Below, one piece after another: positions 1 to 6,471 of a stretch of DNA of 12,083 nt (positions are counted from its first letter, which is position 1; each line of letters starts with the position of its first letter). Below the pieces are notes generated by a model. It was given only the letters and a program-made list of their open reading frames with translations. It was not told where the DNA came from and searched no databases. The translations under genes were made by a program, and so were the position numbers. Origin of the DNA: Candidatus Hadarchaeota archaeon (GTDB lineage Archaea; CAYQAE01; CAYVLA01); the NCBI GenBank assembly GCA_964621445.1, contig CAZUNO010000048.1:1-12083 (forward strand). The letters are read 5' to 3'.

Positions 1-225
1 AGTGGATGCCGTCATCTGGCTGGCGTATGTCCCGCGCTTTACCTTCCCCAATATATGTCCGACAGCTGGGATAGAGCGGCGAATTTCCACCGAAAACTGA
101 AGCCATTCGCTCCCCCAAAACGGTAACCGGAAAAGGCCGTTATCCGGTACTATGATGCCTGGGCACTTTCAAGTCAATGCGATGGTAAGATAAGAAATCC
201 AACGGACTGGATTCTCCAACAGCTG

Positions 226-474
226 TTGCCTGTTTGGTCAATCAAACACGACCTGATCTACGATGTATTTGAGGTACCGCCAGATCCCAGCCAGCTGGAG
301 AAGGAGGCTCTAGAACGTTCCCTGGGGAAACATAGATACATAGCCTCCAATCGACCGCGCGAGGGCTCTCTATACCTCGGTGCGGGAACCGAGGCTACCT
401 CAATCGACAGGAGCATGGCAGAGACGGTTCGTAGACGTATTGAGCAGGAGCTAAGATCGCGCGGCTGGCTTTAA
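226..474 (+). CDS. Hypothetical protein, possibly the 3' remnant of a longer disrupted gene
   Basis: 82-aa ORF with a TTG start. The same frame is open from 127 (after TAA at 124-126) and the C-terminus reads like a natural helix (ETVRRRIEQELRSRGWL). An AT-rich tract follows the stop. No family recognised. Confidence 0.35.
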   Translation: MPVWSIKHDLIYDVFEVPPDPSQLEKEALERSLGKHRYIASNRPREGSLYLGAGTEATSIDRSMAETVRRRIEQELRSRGWL

Positions 475-534
475 AATAATTATTCCTCAACCAGTGAGTG
501 AGTTACTTTCTGGCGCCATTTGGACTTAATGTCT

Positions 535-563
535 TGAGAAGGGTCGGCATGGCAGCCTTCTCA
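535..563. terminator. Candidate hairpin between convergent genes
   Basis: TGAGAAGG (535-542) pairs with CCTTCTCA (556-563) around a 13-nt loop, in the gap between stops at 474 (+) and 655 (-). No adjacent U-tract. Confidence 0.2.
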
Positions 564-654
564 TCGCCCTGGGTAGTTCCGTTATCCGTTCGTACGGTGT
601 GTTAGAGCAGTTGATGCTATCCATCCCAAATCTTCATCAGGCACCCCGTGAGGT

Positions 655-1893
655 TTAGGAGGTTCTTCGTGTGGTTTTCACCTGCCTGTACAGGGCCCTC
701 CTTATCATGATCGTCCACAACAAGAACCCTGCAGCGAGGGAGACCCCCATGATGGCCAGCCATTCCACCAGATACACGTACAGGAGCGCCTCATTCTTGA
801 GTTCGGTGGCCCTGTCCTGTAGTTCCATAAGAGTCCCGATGACCTGGTCCAGGGATTCGTAGGCGGCGTCGAAATCACGGTCCAGGTAAGACATTGTGGT
901 CTCCGTTCTCAGTGAGCGGATTTTCCCGAGTTCTTCATACTCATCGCTGGGATTTGCCCCGAAGCTCTCCGCGAATTCAAGCAGGCTCAACAGCAGACCT
1001 TGCTGGATGTCGAATTCGTAGAGTTCCTGCCGAAATTTGTGGACCTTCATGGGATCCTCCGGGAGGTCCCTCCCCGTGCTGAACCACACGATGTTGGCCA
1101 ATACGTCCCTGGCATAGGGGTTCTCAGTTGACCAGAAGCGGTTGGTAACCATGTCCCGGAAGGTAAAGGTTACGGACTCGTTCCATTTCCAGTAAAAGAC
1201 ATGGGGGATCTGACCGGGAATGGGCGATCCTACCCCCTGATTGTTCCTGGTGTAGGAGAGGATCTTTGACCCCGGTTTTGGAACCGTGTTCAACCCATTG
1301 TAGTTTGGAAACAGGGGCTCGATACCTTCCTTGAAGGGACCCATTATCGAGGGTAGATCCGGGTCCCGTTTTATGATCAGTTGTCCCCGCTCGCCCTGGA
1401 ATTTTGACATATCGGACAACACGGCCTCCACGTCATTGGGGAAAGCTTCGGAAAGGATGCTATTTCTCCATGGGTCGTGGTAGGAGGAAAGTGCGCTGAG
1501 CACGCTCCTGGTGTTGAAGGCTCCCATCTGTTTCTCGGAAAGAGTCCGGTATAACCACCTCTCCTGTCTATCCGATAGGAAATTAAGATCGGTCTGGGCA
1601 AGGGTGAAATACTCGTAGGAGGTTAACTGGTCATAGGTGCGGGGAAAGTATATGCGCATGTACCGCTGGACGTCGGATACTCCTGACCACTGGTCACCGC
1701 GCATGGGGATCAGGGTTGGAGAGGTGGAGGGCTCGCTCGTGAACCAGGGGCGGAGGACGGTTATCTCGTGGCCCTTTCCCATGGCCAGGACCTTGATGAT
1801 TGTCGGATCGACCTGGCCAAAAACGGGGGCGAGTAAAAGAAGGACCAGGGCCAGCGGTATGACGTCGTATTTGATGGTTTTGCTCATGCCCAT
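655..1893 (-). CDS. Secreted, C-terminally membrane-anchored hypothetical protein (possible class I glutamine amidotransferase-like fold plus helical stalk)
   Basis: Likely start ATG 1893 or 1887 rather than 1962, giving a signal peptide (MSKTIKYDVIPLALVLLLLAPVFG). It is followed by an alpha/beta globular region, an amphipathic helical region (EYEELGKIRSLR...ELQDRATELKNE), a C-terminal TM (ALLYVYLVEWLAIMGVSLAAGFLLWTIMI) and a basic tail (RRALYRQVKTTRR). The fold call is tentative. Confidence 0.8.
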   Translation of the reverse strand: MGMSKTIKYDVIPLALVLLLLAPVFGQVDPTIIKVLAMGKGHEITVLRPWFTSEPSTSPTLIPMRGDQWSGVSDVQRYMRIYFPRTYDQLTSYEYFTLAQTDLNFLSDRQERWLYRTLSEKQMGAFNTRSVLSALSSYHDPWRNSILSEAFPNDVEAVLSDMSKFQGERGQLIIKRDPDLPSIMGPFKEGIEPLFPNYNGLNTVPKPGSKILSYTRNNQGVGSPIPGQIPHVFYWKWNESVTFTFRDMVTNRFWSTENPYARDVLANIVWFSTGRDLPEDPMKVHKFRQELYEFDIQQGLLLSLLEFAESFGANPSDEYEELGKIRSLRTETTMSYLDRDFDAAYESLDQVIGTLMELQDRATELKNEALLYVYLVEWLAIMGVSLAAGFLLWTIMIRRALYRQVKTTRRTS

Positions 1894-1912
1894 TATACAT
1901 AGAGCTGGATGG

Positions 1913-1925
1913 AATATTAAGGCTT
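1913..1925 (-). promoter_or_regulatory. Putative TATA box for the 655-1893 gene (leaderless spacing)
   Basis: Minus strand reads AAGCCTTAATATT about 20-27 nt upstream of ATG 1893. Confidence 0.45.
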
Positions 1926-1935
1926 GGGGAGGGCG

Positions 1936-1951
1936 GTTTATCAACATAAAC
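1936..1951. promoter_or_regulatory. Perfect 6-4-6 inverted repeat, candidate transcription-factor site
   Basis: GTTTAT-CAAC-ATAAAC, about 15 nt upstream of the putative TATA box. Confidence 0.4.
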
Positions 1952-2076
1952 AACGAATACACCCCTCCGGCTATAATAATACATGGAGAGAGGTAGCCGC
2001 AAACCGATGCCTAGACAAACCTTACCCCCCAGCCAGGTCCCATAGCTGTTTGACATGGATAGCTGGAATCCGGCTC

Positions 2077-2421
2077 CTAGTTCAAGGACTTTCCTGGGCT
2101 CTGGGTCCTGTATCTGGCCTTCACCATCTCCAGGGCGTCGGGGCGTTCCTCCAGTTTCCTGTCAAGCGCCAGGGATACACCCTCCAGGGTCAGATCGTCC
2201 CTCGTAGGTCCCAGGCCGCCCGAGATCAGGATCAGTGACGGCTCCCTCTTGAGTGCAGACCGCAGAACATCGGCTATTACACCGGGGTCGTCCTCGATGG
2301 TGGTTATCCTGGTGAGGGTGTTACCGGTGACCGATATACGCTTGGCCATCCAGTTGGAGTTGGTGTCCAAAACCTCTCCCTCCAGGATCTCGTAGCCCAC
2401 GGTTATGATCTCGACTTCCAT
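2077..2421 (-). pseudogene. cinA: CinA-like molybdopterin-binding (MoCF_biosynth) domain protein, 3'-truncated
   Basis: Start likely ATG 2421 (MEVEIITVGYEILEGEVLDTNSNW). Contains hallmark motifs EDD and SGGLGPTRDDLTLEG. It stops at TAG after about 114 aa, before the usual A-x-x-P...N-x-x-G-T-A-P-G segment, and no CinA-like continuation was seen downstream. Confidence 0.75.
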
Positions 2422-2445
2422 GCCGACTATCACGGGACCGGAGAC

Positions 2446-2457
2446 CCTTTATATCTG
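2446..2457 (-). promoter_or_regulatory. Putative TATA box for the cinA-like gene
   Basis: Minus strand CAGATATAAAGG about 27-33 nt upstream of ATG 2421. It is the only AT-rich island in this gap. Confidence 0.4.
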
Positions 2458-2499
2458 TCTCGGGGCATGTCGGATCACTGAACATGACACGGGGTTCAA

Positions 2500-3477
2500 T
2501 CAGCAACCCAATGTAGCGAGCGTCCAAAGCTCCTCCATATCTTCAACGAACTCGATCTCTAACTCGATATTTGTCTCAATGTACTCCTCGGTCGAGACCA
2601 GTACTGGAACCTGCCGCCTGTAGGTCCTTCCCCACATTTTTGTCGTTTGTTCCTCATAGACCGTCATCTGGGAGTTCTCCTCGGGGACGAATAGGACAGT
2701 GAACCCCGCATCCTTGGCGGCTTGGGCCTTCTGCTCGACCCCCCCAATCGCGCCGATAGTCCCATCAGCATTGATCGTGCCGGTGAGGGAGATGTCAGAC
2801 CTGATCTCCTGGTGCTCGATTATCGACAGGGCGAGGAGTGTCATCGCCGCACCCGCGCTCGGACCGTCGACCGAGGGTATCTCCGCCTCCGCAGAAATGG
2901 AGAATATCAGATCGTAGCTATCGAGACTCTTACGGGAGATCCTCTCCGCCGTTTCCTTCGCCAGAATGGCCGTGTCCTGAAAAACCTCGCCCATCAGGGG
3001 TTCCGTGTTGACCAGAATCCTTCCCTTGCCAGGCGTCATCTCCAGGCTCAGATGGGTCATCGTCCCTACATACTCGTAGCTGGTTGTGAACGGCCAACTG
3101 CCAGTTGAAACCGTCATGACCGCCGGTGCGGACACAGAGGCGGTGGTGAGGTCGGAGAAGACGTAAGTGGTGTTTGTAAGGTTGTATAGGGAGGCCTGCT
3201 GGTAGCCCAGCACCAGCTGCTGGTAGTTGTCAAGCATGGTGTCGCATGCCTCGTTCCTCTCGATCTCCTTGGCGAGGGCCTGCTCAAGTTCGGACATCGC
3301 TCGAGACATGTTGGCAGACTGTTCTCTCTCGGCATTCAGGGAGTTGAGAGCCCCGATCAACGCAAATGTCATCGTCCCTGATAGGAATATCATCGCCAAG
3401 AATGCCACTGGCAGGGCCCTTTTGGTCCAAGTCGATTTCTCTCCATACGAATAGCCGCTCCGTTCATCAGGCATCAT
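2500..3477 (-). CDS. Membrane-anchored S16-family (Lon_C) Ser-Lys protease lacking the AAA+ domain (COG1750-like archaeal serine protease)
   Basis: Catalytic DGPSAG Ser and GGVEQK Lys are exactly 43 residues apart, as in Lon. TGTINADGTIGAIGG and VPEEN motifs are present. N-terminal TM (ALPVAFLAMIFLSGTMTFALIGAL) is followed by a coiled coil. No Walker motifs. Confidence 0.92.
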   Translation of the reverse strand: MMPDERSGYSYGEKSTWTKRALPVAFLAMIFLSGTMTFALIGALNSLNAEREQSANMSRAMSELEQALAKEIERNEACDTMLDNYQQLVLGYQQASLYNLTNTTYVFSDLTTASVSAPAVMTVSTGSWPFTTSYEYVGTMTHLSLEMTPGKGRILVNTEPLMGEVFQDTAILAKETAERISRKSLDSYDLIFSISAEAEIPSVDGPSAGAAMTLLALSIIEHQEIRSDISLTGTINADGTIGAIGGVEQKAQAAKDAGFTVLFVPEENSQMTVYEEQTTKMWGRTYRRQVPVLVSTEEYIETNIELEIEFVEDMEELWTLATLGC

Positions 3478-3483
3478 TTCTAA

Positions 3484-4353
3484 TTAGTCCTCTTCTCCGA
3501 CTTTGTAGGTTTCCTTGACAATGAAGGTAAGATCTCCGATTGGATATTCTCCGATTACCCGCCTGGATGTCGAGGAGGTATCCAGGCCCGAAAACATGAC
3601 TGTGGTGATATAGATATCGTAGGTTCCCGTTAAGGCGGGTGCTGTTAGGTTAAGGTCGATGGATGGAGGATTCGAGGGGTCGTATGTATCGTATGATAGG
3701 CCTGTGATGTTAACACCGTAGATGATGTGCCCTTCTTGAGATTCCCTGATCACACGAACATTGATGATTGAAGACGTGGGGTCCTCCACCTTTAGGGACT
3801 CAGGAACGGCGACTAGAAACTCGCTGATTTCCCCGGGTCTCGTACGGTTTCTATCTTTACCCGGAATTGCCCCATTACCACCGGGATTACCTCCACCGGG
3901 ATTACCTCCACCGCGCCCCATCGATTCCGTCATGTATTCAGTTATCCTTTCCATGGAGAGTTCGATGGAGAATTGTACTCCTGAAGCTACATCGGTCGTC
4001 TCAACGGGCAAGGGTTGATTTGTATCATTTACCTCTCCTTCTGAGCCGTTCCCGCCAAGGAGGATTATGGCTCCTAATACCGCGACAGCCATAACCACGC
4101 CTACAAGGATTATAGGTTTTTGAGGAATTTGTCCTGACGTAGCTTCGGATTTCGGTTCAGCGGTTGGGGTGGCTTCGGGTTTTATTTCGTTCTGTTCGGT
4201 TTTGGGCGTAGGCTCTCTAGCCGCTTTGCACTGGTGTCTAGATCTCGAGAGGTGGTTATTGCAAAGGACTTTACCGCAGGCATCGCAGGTTTGGAACTTA
4301 TGTAGCCTTCTTCCACACACTTCGCAGTTTCGATTATCCGTTGATGAAGGCAT
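3484..4353 (-). CDS. AN1-type zinc-finger membrane protein with a C-terminal extracytoplasmic beta-rich domain
   Basis: Start likely ATG 4353 (SD-like GGACGTGA, 11 nt after the permease stop). CEVC-x9-CDAC-x4-C-x2-H-x5-HQC matches the AN1 signature. A Pro/Glu/Thr linker and a single TM (IILVGVVMAVAVLGAIILLGG) precede a domain with five N-x-S/T sequons. Confidence 0.88.
   Translation of the reverse strand: MPSSTDNRNCEVCGRRLHKFQTCDACGKVLCNNHLSRSRHQCKAAREPTPKTEQNEIKPEATPTAEPKSEATSGQIPQKPIILVGVVMAVAVLGAIILLGGNGSEGEVNDTNQPLPVETTDVASGVQFSIELSMERITEYMTESMGRGGGNPGGGNPGGNGAIPGKDRNRTRPGEISEFLVAVPESLKVEDPTSSIINVRVIRESQEGHIIYGVNITGLSYDTYDPSNPPSIDLNLTAPALTGTYDIYITTVMFSGLDTSSTSRRVIGEYPIGDLTFIVKETYKVGEED
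3878..3913. repeat. Perfect 15-bp coding tandem repeat (about 2.4 copies) encoding GGGNP units
   Basis: CCACCGGGATTACCT x2 plus CCACCG on the + strand; protein reads GGGNPGGGNPGGNG. Confidence 0.9.
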
Positions 4354-4364
4354 ATTTTCACGTC

Positions 4365-5420
4365 CTACGTCAGGTCCATTCGCGCGAAGAGGAAGTAACA
4401 AGATCCAAAAAGCAGGACCGTCACTACCAATAGTGCGAGTATGTTCTGCCAGCTATTGGCAATCGCCTCACCAAGGCTTATGCTCTTTCCCTCTCCCGTT
4501 TCCGTAAACGCTGTCTCGGTCGTCTTTGTTAACACGGATTTGGCGGCGTTTTCGAAGTGTGTTCGAGGCGAGATCAGTTTGACAGTATCCTCGATGCTCT
4601 GCCTCCTTTCCAACTCCTCGTTTAACTGCGCCCTGGCCTCCTCCCTCTCCTCTTCTGGAAGCTGGAATAATTGAGCTCGTCCCAGAGTCGATCCGGGCGT
4701 TAATGCGTCGGCCACGAGACCAGCCATTTGAGGAACGAGTATAACCAGAACCAGCCAGATAATCACTCCCCATAAAAGAGCGGATGAAGACTCCTTGAAC
4801 TTGATGGATAGGAGAACTCCGAGCCCCAGGAAGAGGGCCACGTAAGCGACGCAGAGAATTACCATCACCACAAGGCGTGTTACATCTGCTCCCGTCGGAC
4901 TATATCCTGTTAACCCGACGATGAGAACCGATCCCAGCATGAAGCTGACGCCGAGCGCGATTACGACGACGATCAGCCTCGAAATAATCTTCGAGTTAAT
5001 CACTACATCGCGGAAGACGGGCATCGTCATCAGGACATTGAGACTCCTCTTTTCCCCTTCTCCCGATACTGCATCGAATCCTAGGACCAGTGCGAGTATT
5101 CCTCCCACGAGACCAAGAAATGTGGCCATGGATTTGAAGGAGTCCATGGTATCTGGCTTGGGGACCTCTGCACGGCCTCTTGCAAGACCTCTAAGCCCCC
5201 CCGACGTATTTTTTCCCCCACCGAAGCCTCCTTCGGCCTTGATCTGGTTGAGCTCAAGCTGTTCGTTGTATTCCTGGACCTGTTCATCGTATGTTAGTAT
5301 GCCCTGATAGGCGCTCACTAGGATAAGCAGCGAGAAAATTGTGAGGATTACCAGGAAGGTTCTGTTGGAAAGGTAATCATAGACTTCTTTTCTCACGATA
5401 GTCAGTATATTGTTATCCAT
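4365..5420 (-). CDS. ABC-2 type transporter permease (NosY/ABC2_membrane_2-like)
   Basis: N-terminal IVRKEVYDYL followed by a TM, the conserved LGFDAVSGEGEKRSLNVLMTMPVFRDVVINSK motif, about six TMs with two large loops, and C-terminal YFLFARMDLT. Starts 3 nt after the ATPase stop. Confidence 0.93.
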   Translation of the reverse strand: MDNNILTIVRKEVYDYLSNRTFLVILTIFSLLILVSAYQGILTYDEQVQEYNEQLELNQIKAEGGFGGGKNTSGGLRGLARGRAEVPKPDTMDSFKSMATFLGLVGGILALVLGFDAVSGEGEKRSLNVLMTMPVFRDVVINSKIISRLIVVVIALGVSFMLGSVLIVGLTGYSPTGADVTRLVVMVILCVAYVALFLGLGVLLSIKFKESSSALLWGVIIWLVLVILVPQMAGLVADALTPGSTLGRAQLFQLPEEEREEARAQLNEELERRQSIEDTVKLISPRTHFENAAKSVLTKTTETAFTETGEGKSISLGEAIANSWQNILALLVVTVLLFGSCYFLFARMDLT

Positions 5421-5423
5421 GTA

Positions 5424-6467
5424 TCACCACTCCTTTTTTAGAGACTCGTTATCATTAGCCGGTCGGCCTGGTTGTCCGCCGACATGCGATTCCTCGTAGA
5501 CTTTCAGGAAGACATCCTCGAGGGATGGGGTATTTGACTCGAATGAAAGCACGGCACCCCCATTTCTCATTATAATTATGGAGACGGATTCCCGCGGATC
5601 GGCACCCGGTTTGGCGGTTACGAAAATCTCCCCGTCAGCATTTTCGACCTTAACTACGTCTTTGATTGTCCCTATCTCGGCCGCTATATTGGAGATGTTC
5701 TCCTTGCTTGCTTTGACTTCGATATGATAGTTTACCTCCCCGATTTCTTTTAGTTCCTTCGACAGTGTATCTGTTTCTCCCATAGCGATGACCTTGCCGC
5801 TGGCAAGTATCCCGACGGTCTTACAGACCTCTGCTACCTCGAAAAGCAGATGGGTTGACAGTATTATGGTGACATCCATTTCCTCGTTCATCCTGCCTAT
5901 CAACTTCCGAATCTGTGCCATCCCGTAAGGATCAAGCCCGTGGGTTGGCTCGTCGAGAAACGCAACCGCCGGGTCGTTTACGACGCTCACAGCAATTCCA
6001 AGGCGCTGGCGCATTCCCTTAGAGAATCTGCCGACCTTCTCGTTTTCCCATCGTTCCATGCCGAGCATCTGAAGAAGAGCATCTGCCTTCTCTCTCCTTT
6101 CATCGCTTTTCATTCCATAGAACTCCGCGAAGTATTCTAGGTTCTGCCTGGCAGTGAGGTTCTCGTAGTAGCCAGGATTCTCGGGGAGGTACCCCGTGAC
6201 CTCCTTGACCTTCCTCGCCTCTCTCTCAACGTCAAAGCCAGCGACCTGCGCGCTGCCTGAGGACGGGGTCAGCAGCCCGGTGAGTATCTTGATCATGGTG
6301 CTTTTACCCGCACCGTTGGGCCCGATCAGACCGAAGATATCCCCCTGTTGGACGGACAAACTCACATCTGACAGGGCCGTTATACCGCCCTCGTAGCGTT
6401 TCCCAAGGCTAGTGGCATTGACTATAATATCGTCATCCTTAGCTGCAGTTTGACTCTTGGAATTCAT
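5424..6467 (-). CDS. ABC transporter ATP-binding protein (CcmA/COG1131 type)
   Basis: Walker A GPNGAGKST, signature FSKGMRQR, Walker B VAFLDEP, H-loop LSTHLL, and a C-terminal domain ending PSLEDVFLKV. Confidence 0.97.
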   Translation of the reverse strand: MNSKSQTAAKDDDIIVNATSLGKRYEGGITALSDVSLSVQQGDIFGLIGPNGAGKSTMIKILTGLLTPSSGSAQVAGFDVEREARKVKEVTGYLPENPGYYENLTARQNLEYFAEFYGMKSDERREKADALLQMLGMERWENEKVGRFSKGMRQRLGIAVSVVNDPAVAFLDEPTHGLDPYGMAQIRKLIGRMNEEMDVTIILSTHLLFEVAEVCKTVGILASGKVIAMGETDTLSKELKEIGEVNYHIEVKASKENISNIAAEIGTIKDVVKVENADGEIFVTAKPGADPRESVSIIIMRNGGAVLSFESNTPSLEDVFLKVYEESHVGGQPGRPANDNESLKKEW

Positions 6468-6471
6468 TTCT

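Noticed and set aside
137-588. CCGTTATCCG direct repeat at 137-146 and 579-588 as a target-site duplication
   Set aside because: 10-mer matches are expected by chance in 12 kb, and there is no transposase or terminal inverted repeat.
1894-1962. Upstream extension of the 435-aa ORF
   Set aside because: It covers the TATA-like box and palindrome, and the signal peptide starts at 1893/1887.
1694-2056. 120-aa minus ORF as a frameshifted continuation of cinA
   Set aside because: No CinA motifs; it runs through the promoter and out of frame into the next gene.
2077-2079. Pyrrolysine or amber readthrough of the cinA TAG
   Set aside because: The readthrough peptide is short, not CinA-like, and ends at another stop after 21 codons.
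4354-4401. TTG start for the AN1 protein
   Set aside because: It overlaps the permease 3' end, whereas ATG 4353 has an SD-like sequence and clean spacing.
6418-6432. ACTATAAT core resembling the candidate operator
   Set aside because: It lies inside the ATPase coding sequence, lacks the flanking TAC, and is likely chance.
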